Origin: an uncultured virus (IMG/VR IMGVR_UViG_3300024319_000011)
Taxonomy: Duplodnaviria; Heunggongvirae; Uroviricota; Caudoviricetes
DNA length: 64,000 nt
Virus record (IMG/VR): IMGVR_UViG_3300024319_000011
Strand: one strand, 5' to 3'
This document shows, one piece after another, positions 1-10,042 of this stretch (the first letter of the stretch is position 1; the number at the start of each line of letters is the position of its first letter). The notes beneath the pieces were generated by a model that was given only the letters and a program-made list of their open reading frames with translations, was not told where the DNA came from and did no database searches. A program made the position numbers and the translations under genes.

Positions 1-448
1 AGCAATCACTAGTGAAAAGTTTGACGGAGATAGTACAACAACTGCATTTACTCTCTCAAACTCTGCAACAACTGAAACAGTTTTTGTAAGTTTAAATGGT
101 GTAATACAATTACCTACAACAGCTTACACAGTGTCAGGAACAACACTTACTTTTACAGAAGCTCCTGGATCTAATGATAAAATTGAAGTTAGACAAGTAG
201 CACAATCACAAACAGTGTCGGCATTAACTAACAGTGGGGGCACTGCATACGTTGAAACAAACAGTGATGCAACAGTTGATATTGTAGGAACAGAAGTAAA
301 TTTAACAGGCATTATTAAACAACCACAGGCAACTAAGGCCGCAGACGCCACAGGAACAACAGGGCAAATTGCTTGGGATTCAGATTATATTTACATTTGT
401 ACTGCTACAAATACTTGGAAAAGAGTTGCATTAACTGGCGGATATTAA
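1..448 (+). CDS. Tail fibre/structural protein, C-terminal part (5' truncated by window)
   Basis: Frame 2 is open from base 2 (AITSEKFDGDSTTTAFTLSNS...LNGVIQLPTTAYTVSGTTLTFTEAP). The same module recurs near the C-terminus of the 693..5222 protein. Ends in GTTGQIAWDSDYIYICTATNTWKRVAL. Confidence 0.75.
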   Translation, partial: AITSEKFDGDSTTTAFTLSNSATTETVFVSLNGVIQLPTTAYTVSGTTLTFTEAPGSNDKIEVRQVAQSQTVSALTNSGGTAYVETNSDATVDIVGTEVNLTGIIKQPQATKAADATGTTGQIAWDSDYIYICTATNTWKRVALTGGY

Positions 449-692
449 TAAGTTATAATATACCTACATTATAACTCCAATCTGTATTACAGACGCCATA
501 AACACTGATTCCTAAAAAATTCCTAGAAAAATACCAAGATAACAAATTTAATCATTTGCGGTAAATACATGCAAAGAAAGAGTATTCGCTCTTCTTTTAC
601 TTCGAAGTAGAAGATGTATGTCTTCTGAAAACGGAGCACATACACAACATGAGCCCAAAAAGCTCATAACACATTTTATAGGAATATACAAA

Positions 693-3600
693 ATGGCAGT
701 TACAAGAATACACACTAACCAAATGGCAGATAGTATTGTTACTAACGACAAAATTGTAGACGCAACGATTCAGGGCGGTAAGCTAGCAACAAACTTTACT
801 TACGGTTCGAACTTAACAGTGTCTGGTAATTTAACAGTTAATGGTACAACTACTACTGTTGATACGGTTAATACAACAATTGATGATCCAATTTTATTAT
901 TGGGTGCCAACCAAACTGGTTCAGGCGCAGTTGATTTAGGTGTTTTAGGTGAACGTGGCGATGACACTAACGTGTTTATCGGTTATGACGAGTCAGACGA
1001 CGAGTTTGTTGCGGCACTTACATCATCAGCAGATTCATCAACAACAGTTACAATTACTGACTATGCAAACATGCACGTTGGTGGCATAGAAGCTGACGAC
1101 AATGCAACAATTGGCGGAACAGCAACAGTAACAGGTAATATTACAGGTGGTAACTTACTAACAGGTGGTGATGTTGAAGCAGTAAACGTTGACGCTTCAG
1201 GAACAGCTACAGTAGGTACACTAACAGACGGTACAGCTACATTAACAAGTGGAGCACTTTCAGGTGCAACAACTATTGCGGCAAGTTCAACAATTACAGC
1301 AACAGGTAATATCCAAGGTGGCAACATAATCACCACAGGAAAAGTTGATGCAGATATAGTTACCGCTGATGATTACGTAGACTCTGACAATGGTTATACT
1401 GTAGCCGGAGTTCAAGTTATTAACAGTAGTAGGAACCTTCTTAACGCCGGCACTGGATCATTTACTGGCCAAGTTGAAGCTGGTTCATTTACAACAGCTG
1501 GTGCATTAAACGCAGACGGTGCAACTACTTTAGGCGACTTAACAATTGACGCTTCAAGTACAGTTGACATGGGTGCTAACAGAGTTACAAACTTAGGTAC
1601 ACCAACAGCAACAGGTGATGCGGCAACAAAAGCATATGTTGATGGTTTACTATCTTCAGGTTTCACAGTTAGTGATTCAGAAGATACACCAAACACTTCA
1701 GTAATATCACAAGGCGATACTTTAACATTCGCTGGTGTTGCTAACGAAACAACAATGATTGTTGGTACAGATTCATTAACAGTAGGTCTAGTAGATAGTC
1801 CAACAGTTACAGGTACAATAACAGCAGGTACACTAACAGATGGTACAGCAACAATTACATCTGGTGCTATTGCTTCAGTTACAACAATTGGTGCTTCAGG
1901 TCAAATTACTGGTGGTACACTAACTGATGGTACAGCTTCATTGAACTCAGGTGCATTAACAGGCGTTACAAATGCAACTGCTTCAGGTACAGTAACAGGT
2001 GGTACACTAACTGATGGCGCATTTAGCGTTACTTCAGGTGCAGTTACAGGTGCAACAACTATTGCGGCAAGTTCAACTATCACAGCAACAGGTAATATTA
2101 CTGGTGGTAACGTACTTACATCAGCATTAGTTCAAGGTGCTACAGTTACAGCTACAGGTGCAGTTAACGGTGCTACAGTTACAGCTACAGGTGCAGTTAC
2201 AGGTGGTTCACTTACTACAGCTGGTACACTTAACGCTGACGGCGCAACTACTTTAGGTGACCTAACAATTGATGGTACAAGTACTATTGATATGGGTGCT
2301 AACAGAGTTACTAATGTTGCTACTCCAACAGCATCAGGTGATGCAACAACTAAAGGTTATGTTGATGGTTTACTATCATCTGGTTTTACAATAACAGATG
2401 GTTCAACTACACAAACAATCGCTCAAGGCGATACTTTAACATTTGCGGGTACAGCTAATGAAGTTAATGTTGCAGTTTCAGCAACAGATACATTAACAAT
2501 TGGTTTACCAGATGACGTTGTTATTGGAAATGATTTAACAGTTACAGGTGACTTGGTTGTTCAAGGTACTACAACAACAGTTAACTCAACTACAACACAA
2601 CTTGTTGATCCAATTCTACAATTAGGTAGAGGAGCAGACAATGCGGCACTTACATCAAACGATGGTAAAGACCGTGGTATTTCAATGTACTACTACAACA
2701 CTGAAGAAAGAGTTGCTTACATGGGTTGGGATGATCCAACAGATGAATTTAGATTCATACCAGACGCAACTATTACAACAGAAGCAGTTACCGGTGCATT
2801 AGGTACAGCTAACGTAGGTAAAGTACGTGTTGACAATATTGACATTGACGCAAACTTAATTACTGCTACTTCTGGAGATTTAGATCTTTCAGCGGCAGGT
2901 AAAGTTACACTACCAACAGGCAACGAACTAGTTATTGATGACATGGCAGATACTGCTATTTTATTCTCTAACAGTGGTGAAGTTACTGATAATGCAACTG
3001 ACTTATCGTTTGACGGTACAGACTTAGATGCTAAAAACATTACTACTCCAGGTTACGTGACTGCTACAGGTACAGTAACAGGTTCTACATTAACTGACGG
3101 TACAGCAACAATTACATCTGGTGCTATTGCTTCAGTTACAACAATTGGTGCTTCAGGTGCAGTTACAGCTGGTTCATTTACAACAGCTGGTGCGTTGAAT
3201 GCAGACGGTGCTACAACATTAGGTGATCTAACAATTGACGGTTCAAGTACTGTTGATATGGGTGCTAATAGAGTAACAAACGTAGCTACTCCAACAGCAA
3301 CTACAGATGCAACTACAAAATCATATGTTGATACAGCAGTTACTAACGCAAGTACGTTTACAATTACAGACGGTGTTACATCAGATACAGTTACAATTGG
3401 TACTGATACATTAACATTTGCTGATACTGCAAACGAAACAACAGTTACAGTTTCTGATAACACAGTTACAGTAGCATTACCAGATGACGTAACAATTGGC
3501 GATGCACTAACAGTTACAGGTGCGGCAACAGTTGGTACTACTCTTGGTGTAACAGGTGCTACAACAGTAGCGGCAATTACAGCAAGTGGTCTAGCAAGTT

Positions 3601-5222
3601 TAGACGGTGGTATTGATGTTGACGGTGCATTTACTGTTGCAGATACAACAGGTAATATTGCTACAACAGGTAAATTAGATGTTACTGGTGCGGCTACAGT
3701 TGGTTCTTTAACTGACGGTACAGCAACAATTTCATCAGGTGCTGTTTCAGGTGTTACTACACTTGCAATGACATCAGCACTAACAGGTGCTACTAACATT
3801 ACTGGTTCAGGTACAATTACTGGTGGTACATTAACAGATGGTACAGCAAGTATTAATTCTGGTGCAGTTACAGGTGTTACTACACTTGCTACATCAGGTG
3901 AAGCTACACTGGCATCAGCTACAGTATCAGACTTAACAGCAGGTAGAGTTGTATACGCAGGCACTGACGGTGCTTTAGTAGACGAAGCGGCATTTGCATA
4001 TAACGCAAGTACTGACACACTATCAGCAGTTAACGTTACATCAACAGGTACTAACACAGTTGGTACACTAACTGATGGTACAGCTACATTAACAGGCGGT
4101 GCTTTAACAGGCGTAACTACAGCTACAGTTGATAACATTACTATTAACGGTGATGATATTACTACAAGTGGTGCGGCTCTAACACTTAACGATGCTGGCG
4201 GCGACATGGACTTACGTGTTGAATCTGCTAACAACGAAAATATGTTAGTAGTTGACGCTGGTCTTGATCAAGTTATGATTGGTACAGCTACATCAACAAC
4301 AGGTGCAACATTGAAAGTTAGTGCAACTGACTCAATGATGGTACCAGTTGGTACAACAGCTCAACGTCCAGTTACAGGTGTTGCAGGTATGATGCGTTAT
4401 AACTCAACAACTGATCAGTACGAAGCTTATGATGTTTCAGAATCACAGTTTAAAGGCTTAGGTGTTCCAGCGTTTACTGTTATTGCTTCTGAAAACTTTG
4501 ATGGTGATGATACAACAACAGCGTTTACATTAAGCGATAGTCAAACTACTGCTTCATGTATTGTAAGTATTAACGGTGTGGTTCAATTACCAACAACAGC
4601 TTACTCAGTGTCAGGTACTACATTGACATTTACAGAAGCTCCAGCAACTAGTGATAAGATTGAAGTACGTAAAATTACTACTACAACTACTATTACTGGT
4701 TTATCCAACGGTGATTCAAGTATCACTATGGAAACTGGTGCATCATCAGTAGATATTAAAGGTGATGTTATTCCTGAAACTGACGCAACTTACGACTTAG
4801 GTAGTTCATCAAAAGGTTGGGCAACAATCTATGGTGAAGCTACATCAGCACAATACGCTGACTTGGCAGAGAAATATGAAGCTGACGCTGAATATGCTCC
4901 AGGTACAGTTGTAATGTTTGGTGGTGACAAGGAAGTTGCTGAATGTGCAGACGATCATTCAACTAAAGTAGCAGGCGTTGTTTCAACAGCACCAGCTTAC
5001 AGAATGAATGATGGTTTAGAAGCAGAACATACAGCTATGGTAGCATTACAAGGTCGTGTACCATGTAAAGTTACTGGTCCTGTTGCTAAAGGCGACATGA
5101 TGGTATCAGCAGGTAATGGTATGGCTAGAGCAGAAGCTAACCCAACATACGGTGCAGTAATTGGTAAAGCACTTGAAAATTGGGAAGGTGGAGAAGGTGT
5201 TATTGAAGTAGTAGTTAAATAA
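693..5222 (+). CDS. Long repetitive tail fibre protein with C-terminal intramolecular chaperone (peptidase G2/IMC-like) domain
   Basis: Thr/Gly/Ala-rich repeats (GTLTDGTAT; three DAxTKxYVD modules). C-terminal ADLAEKY...PGTVV...VALQGRVPCKV...GDMMVS. ATG 693 preferred over 618 because of the AGGA RBS. Confidence 0.8.
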   Translation: MAVTRIHTNQMADSIVTNDKIVDATIQGGKLATNFTYGSNLTVSGNLTVNGTTTTVDTVNTTIDDPILLLGANQTGSGAVDLGVLGERGDDTNVFIGYDESDDEFVAALTSSADSSTTVTITDYANMHVGGIEADDNATIGGTATVTGNITGGNLLTGGDVEAVNVDASGTATVGTLTDGTATLTSGALSGATTIAASSTITATGNIQGGNIITTGKVDADIVTADDYVDSDNGYTVAGVQVINSSRNLLNAGTGSFTGQVEAGSFTTAGALNADGATTLGDLTIDASSTVDMGANRVTNLGTPTATGDAATKAYVDGLLSSGFTVSDSEDTPNTSVISQGDTLTFAGVANETTMIVGTDSLTVGLVDSPTVTGTITAGTLTDGTATITSGAIASVTTIGASGQITGGTLTDGTASLNSGALTGVTNATASGTVTGGTLTDGAFSVTSGAVTGATTIAASSTITATGNITGGNVLTSALVQGATVTATGAVNGATVTATGAVTGGSLTTAGTLNADGATTLGDLTIDGTSTIDMGANRVTNVATPTASGDATTKGYVDGLLSSGFTITDGSTTQTIAQGDTLTFAGTANEVNVAVSATDTLTIGLPDDVVIGNDLTVTGDLVVQGTTTTVNSTTTQLVDPILQLGRGADNAALTSNDGKDRGISMYYYNTEERVAYMGWDDPTDEFRFIPDATITTEAVTGALGTANVGKVRVDNIDIDANLITATSGDLDLSAAGKVTLPTGNELVIDDMADTAILFSNSGEVTDNATDLSFDGTDLDAKNITTPGYVTATGTVTGSTLTDGTATITSGAIASVTTIGASGAVTAGSFTTAGALNADGATTLGDLTIDGSSTVDMGANRVTNVATPTATTDATTKSYVDTAVTNASTFTITDGVTSDTVTIGTDTLTFADTANETTVTVSDNTVTVALPDDVTIGDALTVTGAATVGTTLGVTGATTVAAITASGLASLDGGIDVDGAFTVADTTGNIATTGKLDVTGAATVGSLTDGTATISSGAVSGVTTLAMTSALTGATNITGSGTITGGTLTDGTASINSGAVTGVTTLATSGEATLASATVSDLTAGRVVYAGTDGALVDEAAFAYNASTDTLSAVNVTSTGTNTVGTLTDGTATLTGGALTGVTTATVDNITINGDDITTSGAALTLNDAGGDMDLRVESANNENMLVVDAGLDQVMIGTATSTTGATLKVSATDSMMVPVGTTAQRPVTGVAGMMRYNSTTDQYEAYDVSESQFKGLGVPAFTVIASENFDGDDTTTAFTLSDSQTTASCIVSINGVVQLPTTAYSVSGTTLTFTEAPATSDKIEVRKITTTTTITGLSNGDSSITMETGASSVDIKGDVIPETDATYDLGSSSKGWATIYGEATSAQYADLAEKYEADAEYAPGTVVMFGGDKEVAECADDHSTKVAGVVSTAPAYRMNDGLEAEHTAMVALQGRVPCKVTGPVAKGDMMVSAGNGMARAEANPTYGAVIGKALENWEGGEGVIEVVVK
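1842..3158 (+). repeat. Identical 60-nt direct repeat (1842-1901 and 3099-3158) plus 33-nt-period tandem duplication (2136-2199) in the fibre gene
   Basis: GGTACAGCAACAATTACATCTGGTGCTATTGCTTCAGTTACAACAATTGGTGCTTCAGGT occurs twice. GGTGCTACAGTTACAGCTACAGGTGCAGTTA occurs at 2136 and 2169. Confidence 0.9.
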
Positions 5223-5254
5223 CAACTAGCTCACAAACCAAAGAAATATAGACT

Positions 5255-5280
5255 AAGCCCTGGCAACAGGGCTTTTTCTT
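5255..5280 (+). terminator. Rho-independent terminator
   Basis: AAGCCCTG-GCAA-CAGGGCTT followed by a T-tract. Confidence 0.85.
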
Positions 5281-5310
5281 GACCTTAAAATCTAATAACT
5301 TTTCAATAAT

Positions 5311-5318
5311 GATAAATA
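5311..5318 (+). promoter_or_regulatory. T4-like late promoter (GATAAATA)
   Basis: Variant of T4 TATAAATA. The same GATAAATA lies before genes at 8228, 14083, 20178, 28545, 32764, 34854, 38716, 43818, 51482, 56368, 60869, and at 12584-12591 on the minus strand. Confidence 0.75.
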
Positions 5319-5346
5319 ATATACAAATAAAGAGGACTTTTAAATC

Positions 5347-6840
5347 ATGGCAAAACAAACAGTTAACATTGGCGTATCAGCCAACGATAATACCGGCGAT
5401 CCGTTACGCACGGCCTTTGATAAGTTAAATGATAACTTTGATGAAGTATATGCGGCAGGACCAGTTGGTACAAACATAACAGTATCAAGTAATACTATTG
5501 CATCAACAAATACTAACGGTAACATTGACTTAAATCCAGCAGGTACTGGTAAAGTTTTAATTAATGGACCAATGGATGCAAATGGTGTTGTAACATTAAA
5601 TTCATCAGCAACAATTACAGGTAACATTAAACCAACAGCTAATGTTACATATAATATTGGTAGCGATACCGAAGCCTATGATGAGATTCACGGTAACGTA
5701 TTACACGTTGGTAGCTTAATACTACGTGAAGTAGACACACAATTAGAAATTTTCCGTACAGATGATTCAACAAACGCTATTTTATCAGGTAATTCAACAA
5801 CAGCAGGTTCTGTATTAAATAACGGTAATACAGTTGTTGCATTAACTCAAGATGGTCCAATTACTTTCTTTGCTGGCACATATGCATCTGGCACACCAAA
5901 CACAGTTATTAACAGCGGAAACATTACAACTCCGGCAGTTGTAGCAACTGGCAACGTAACAGGCGGCAATATTGTTACTGCTGGTAAAATTACAGACGGT
6001 GCACTAATATCAGATTCAGGAACAGTTACAGGTGTAGTAGCACTTACAGCAAGTGGTGCAGTTACCGGTGGCTCACTAACTGATGGAACAGCAACACTAA
6101 CAAGTGGAGCATTATCGAGTGCTACAACAGTTACAGCAAGTGGTGCAGTTACAGGTGGATCATTAACAGACGGCACAGCAACATTAACAAGTGGTGCAAT
6201 AACAGGTGCAACAGATATAACAGCAAGTGGTACAGTTACTGGCGCAACACTAGCAGGAACATTATCAACTGCGGCACAAACAAACATAACATCAGTAGGT
6301 ACACTATCAGCATTGACTGTAACAGGTAACGTTGATACAGCGGCAGTAGAATTTGGATCAACAGGTATTCAAGAAAGAGCTACATATGAAATGTTCCATT
6401 ATCTAACTGCAGACGGTAGTGCTATTTCAGCAACTCCAACAGACGCTTTTGGTGTCTCACCAAACTTAGATGCTGGCAAGTTTTACGAATTCTTTATACA
6501 ATTAAGATTTACTAACAGTTCAACAGGTAATCCAGTGTTTGAATTTAATGATGTATCAGGTGACTTACACGAATTTGACTGTCAGCTTACAACTGGTATT
6601 GCTGGTGGCGCTGTTGGTGCTGATACTAAAGTCTTTGATAATGCAGGCGACACTTTAGTTAGTTCAACATTGAATTCCGCAGATACATATGTTGCTACAT
6701 ACCTTGGCTCATGTAGACCAAACTCAGGTGGTAGATTAGATATTCAAATAAGTGTAGATGCAGGAACAGTTACTCCTTTAGCAGGCAGTAGCTTTAGATT
6801 TACAGAAAGAACAGCGGCATCCTTTGGAGATGTAGCTTAA
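5347..6840 (+). CDS. Baseplate wedge/short fibre protein with gp9/gp10-like N-terminus
   Basis: N-terminal KQTVNIGVSANDNTGDPLRTAFDKLNDNFDEVY; GSLTDGTATLTSGA repeats shared with the long fibre. Confidence 0.7.
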   Translation: MAKQTVNIGVSANDNTGDPLRTAFDKLNDNFDEVYAAGPVGTNITVSSNTIASTNTNGNIDLNPAGTGKVLINGPMDANGVVTLNSSATITGNIKPTANVTYNIGSDTEAYDEIHGNVLHVGSLILREVDTQLEIFRTDDSTNAILSGNSTTAGSVLNNGNTVVALTQDGPITFFAGTYASGTPNTVINSGNITTPAVVATGNVTGGNIVTAGKITDGALISDSGTVTGVVALTASGAVTGGSLTDGTATLTSGALSSATTVTASGAVTGGSLTDGTATLTSGAITGATDITASGTVTGATLAGTLSTAAQTNITSVGTLSALTVTGNVDTAAVEFGSTGIQERATYEMFHYLTADGSAISATPTDAFGVSPNLDAGKFYEFFIQLRFTNSSTGNPVFEFNDVSGDLHEFDCQLTTGIAGGAVGADTKVFDNAGDTLVSSTLNSADTYVATYLGSCRPNSGGRLDIQISVDAGTVTPLAGSSFRFTERTAASFGDVA

Positions 6841-6856
6841 TTAAAAAGGGGTTAGT

Positions 6857-7816
6857 ATGGCATTAACCAGGCCTAGAGCCCATCAGTTATCCGGCGTAAG
6901 TGCTAAATCAGCCGTTCGGATACTTAGCAGTTCAAACGTAACTCTCAGCGGTGGCACTCCAGCTACCGTTGATGGAGTTAGTCTTACTATTGACGATCGT
7001 ATATTAGTCACAGGTCAAACATCAGCTTCAGAAAACGGATTATATAGATGTACAGTTGTAGGATCAGGCTCTAATGGTACCTGGATACGTAGTCGTGACG
7101 GTAGTCATCAAGGAACTATTGTAGCTGGTATGACCTGTATGGTTACAGAAGGTTCAACATATGCTGACACCCTTTGGAAATTAACCACTGACGGTGTAAT
7201 AACAATTGATTCAACAGCATTAACATTTGAACAGCATTCATCCATTGATAGCAGTTCAGTGGATGCTCTAGCAGACGTTACACTTACATCAACAGCAACA
7301 AACGATTTATTACAGTATAATGGCTCACAATGGGTCAATAGTTCGTCAATAGATATATCTGGTGATATTACCGTGTCGGGTGATTTGGATATAGATGATG
7401 CTGATTCAGTGTTTTTACACGGTGACACAGGTTTTGTTAATAAAAGATATGTATTATACGGAACAACTACAGACGACTCAGTTACTGAAATATTTGTAGG
7501 TGGAACAACAGATTCAAGAGTTTCTATTAGCACTGACACAACAATGTTTTATACAGTAGATATTGTAGCTAGAAGAACAGATGCCACAGGCGAATCAGCA
7601 GGTTGGCAGTTAAAAGGTGTAGCAGATAATTTTTCAGGAACAACAGCAGACGTGGGCACAGTTTACGAAGTTGCTGTTGCTCGTGATGACATTGACTGGA
7701 CTGTTGATGCTTTAGCAGGTGATACTGAAGATGCAGTTGTTGTTACTTGTCAAGGAGCCACAGGCAAGACAATTAAATGGATGGCAGTGGTAAAAACAAT
7801 GGAGATTACTAACTAA
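6857..7816 (+). CDS. Tail fibre-associated structural protein
   Basis: VDGVSLTIDDRILVTGQTSASENGLY motif typical of phage fibre modules; lies in the fibre cluster. Confidence 0.6.
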   Translation: MALTRPRAHQLSGVSAKSAVRILSSSNVTLSGGTPATVDGVSLTIDDRILVTGQTSASENGLYRCTVVGSGSNGTWIRSRDGSHQGTIVAGMTCMVTEGSTYADTLWKLTTDGVITIDSTALTFEQHSSIDSSSVDALADVTLTSTATNDLLQYNGSQWVNSSSIDISGDITVSGDLDIDDADSVFLHGDTGFVNKRYVLYGTTTDDSVTEIFVGGTTDSRVSISTDTTMFYTVDIVARRTDATGESAGWQLKGVADNFSGTTADVGTVYEVAVARDDIDWTVDALAGDTEDAVVVTCQGATGKTIKWMAVVKTMEITN

Positions 7817-8226
7817 TGGCTTGGTTCACATCATATTCGAGACGTTCACGAGGATTCAGATTTGATAACGTTTTTAAAACATTTGCATTAGGCGGAACAA
7901 CTGTTGCTGATGCTTCTAGTACAACTCACTTTGATGGTGTGGATAATCAGGATTTAGGTTTAATTACCGACAGGAGTACTAGTGAAGAAGACTTAGGACT
8001 AGTAACAGATACACCAGCTACAGCAACATATAATTTAGGTGTTTTTGCTACAGCAATTACAGCTAGCCAACTAAGCATTCCAGCATACACAGTTAGTACA
8101 GTGCCAACTGCTACTAGTGCAGTAGCACAAATTATATATGTTAGTGACGAAACTAACGGGGCTACTTTAGCGTTTAGTGATGGAACTAATTGGCGACGAG
8201 TTCAAGATCTTGCAATAATCAGTTAG
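7816..8226 (+). CDS. Small virion structural protein
   Basis: C-terminal IIYVSDETNGATLAFSDGTNWRRV; translationally coupled to the previous gene (TAATG). Confidence 0.55.
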   Translation: MAWFTSYSRRSRGFRFDNVFKTFALGGTTVADASSTTHFDGVDNQDLGLITDRSTSEEDLGLVTDTPATATYNLGVFATAITASQLSIPAYTVSTVPTATSAVAQIIYVSDETNGATLAFSDGTNWRRVQDLAIIS

Positions 8227-8259
8227 TGATAAATACTAATATAATAAAGGAATTCAAAC

Positions 8260-8889
8260 GTGGCAAAACAAGTACAATTTAGAAGAGGAACAACAGCACA
8301 GAATAACTCGTTTACTGGTGCAGTAGGAGAACTTACTGTAGACACTGATCGCGATGTGGTTCGTATACACGATGGTTCCACAGCTGGCGGCTTTGAAATT
8401 CCAGGATACACTGTATATGCTGATGTGTTAAATGGTCAAAGTGATGGCACAGGCAATATTGGTAATTCTACTGTAGGATTTAATACAGTTCATGCTAAAT
8501 CAACATCAGCACAATACGCTGACGTTGCTGAGCGTTACACCACTGACAAAACTTATGAACCAGGTACTGTCGTTGTTATTGGCGGCGATAGTGAAGCAAC
8601 TGAATGTACAAAATCAAACGATCATGCAGTACTAGGTATTATTTCAACAGACCCTGCTGTTAAAATGAACCAATCAATTGACGGACAAGACATTGCTCTA
8701 TTAGGTCGTGTTCCATGTAAAGTTGTTGGTCAAGTCAACAGAGGTGATCTATTAGTAACAAGTGCAACACCAGGACATGCAGAAGCACGCAACGGTGAAT
8801 ATGTTCCTGGATCAATTATTGGTAAAGCACTTGAAGCAAAGAACACGGACGACGCAGGAACTGTCGAAGTAGCGGTAGGCAGACTCTAA
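8260..8889 (+). CDS. Mtd-N-like domain fused to IMC/peptidase G2-like chaperone domain (fibre component)
   Basis: QVQFRRGTTAQNNSFTGAVGELTVDTD...IHDGSTAGG N-terminus; ADVAERY...IALLGRVPCKV C-terminus; GTG start after AAGGA. Confidence 0.7.
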   Translation: MAKQVQFRRGTTAQNNSFTGAVGELTVDTDRDVVRIHDGSTAGGFEIPGYTVYADVLNGQSDGTGNIGNSTVGFNTVHAKSTSAQYADVAERYTTDKTYEPGTVVVIGGDSEATECTKSNDHAVLGIISTDPAVKMNQSIDGQDIALLGRVPCKVVGQVNRGDLLVTSATPGHAEARNGEYVPGSIIGKALEAKNTDDAGTVEVAVGRL

Positions 8890-8890
8890 C

Positions 8891-9613
8891 ATGCAAGAAA
8901 TTTACCGTAAAGATTATGACGGTGAATATGTTGTCCTTAATACCATTATCAAAGACGGCAATCGCCAAACTGAAAAAGAGTGGATTGATAATCCAATCAA
9001 AAATCAACACATATCAGGTAGAGCCGCTATTATGGCTAGTGGTGAAAGTCGATTAGCATATGATGTTACAAGATTAGAAAAGCACAGAGGCGGACTACTA
9101 GGTCGTCAAAAACTTCAAACATACGGCACAGGCCAACTGCATAATGAAATGCAGTTAGATTTCTTTATTACTTTCGACGACACAAAGTTACAAGAGTGTA
9201 TTGACAGCGGATACACACAGCGTTGTACAGTATACACATCAGCAAAAAACTGCATAAAATATCCTGGGGAATTCTTTTTAATGCCGCAATCAATGCGTGG
9301 CAGAACTGCATTAGTAGCAACTTGGCTAGCATGTTTTGACGGACATAAAGAAATATTTTTATTAGGATTTGATAATCAGATGAGCCCAAATTATAATAAT
9401 AATGTTTATGTTTCTCAAGATGATCCAGATAAACATCGTACTATAGAAGATCATAAGATGAGACAACAAATGCACAAGCTAATGACAACTTACCCAGGTG
9501 TTGATTTTTATCACGTTAGCAATGATATGCCAGTTCCTAGTACTTGGAGAGATTGTCCAAACTTTAGTAGAATGTCTTACCAAGAGTGGGTAAGCTACTG
9601 TGATGTTCAGTAA
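8891..9613 (+). CDS. Maf/DUF115-like putative glycosyltransferase
   Basis: AAIMASGESR and GHKEIFLLGFD motifs. Confidence 0.45.
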   Translation: MQEIYRKDYDGEYVVLNTIIKDGNRQTEKEWIDNPIKNQHISGRAAIMASGESRLAYDVTRLEKHRGGLLGRQKLQTYGTGQLHNEMQLDFFITFDDTKLQECIDSGYTQRCTVYTSAKNCIKYPGEFFLMPQSMRGRTALVATWLACFDGHKEIFLLGFDNQMSPNYNNNVYVSQDDPDKHRTIEDHKMRQQMHKLMTTYPGVDFYHVSNDMPVPSTWRDCPNFSRMSYQEWVSYCDVQ

Positions 9614-10042
9614 TTAAATAGTTAGTTCTATTGTTTTAATTTTTTCTTTTATTTCATCAACATTAATTGTGGCAAAGAACCCAGGATGTAACGGTTTGGG
9701 TATTTCACCTGAGTTTACCCAAGCATACCCTAAATGTTCATGATTCAATGTTGGTACAAATTCTTTAGAAAGTACTCCAAAGAATGTATGATAAACAAAC
9801 TTATTGTCTGCTGATGTGAAATGTTCTATAGGAATAAGTTTAATAACATCAGGATATTTGCCTAGTTCTTCTTCGCACTCACGTTGCATTGCATCTAATA
9901 GACTTTCGCCAAGTTCAACCTTGCCGCCAGGCAGTCCCCAACTTCCTGGATGCTTTGGATCATTTCTTAAAAGATAAAGATATCTGTTAGTTGCTTGGCT
10001 ATACAACCAAACACCAACAGCATTTATAGGACTAGACTCCAT
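9614..10042 (-). CDS. NUDIX hydrolase
   Basis: Nudix box GGKVELGESLLDAMQRECEEELG. Confidence 0.9.
   Translation of the reverse strand: MESSPINAVGVWLYSQATNRYLYLLRNDPKHPGSWGLPGGKVELGESLLDAMQRECEEELGKYPDVIKLIPIEHFTSADNKFVYHTFFGVLSKEFVPTLNHEHLGYAWVNSGEIPKPLHPGFFATINVDEIKEKIKTIELTI

Noticed and set aside
618..692. Upstream in-frame start for the long fibre gene
   Set aside because: No RBS and it lies within RNA hairpins; ATG 693 has an AGGA RBS.
1061..7539. Long minus-strand ORFs such as 3053..4234, 5847..6287 and 7108..7539
   Set aside because: Antisense shadows of Thr/Gly/Ala-rich fibre genes; no RBS, promoter or recognisable motif. The same applies to most short antisense ORFs in the track.
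8260..8889. Diversity-generating retroelement suggested by the Mtd-N-like domain
   Set aside because: No reverse transcriptase and no template/variable repeat pair differing at adenines seen in the window; the C-terminus is a chaperone-like domain, not a C-type lectin.
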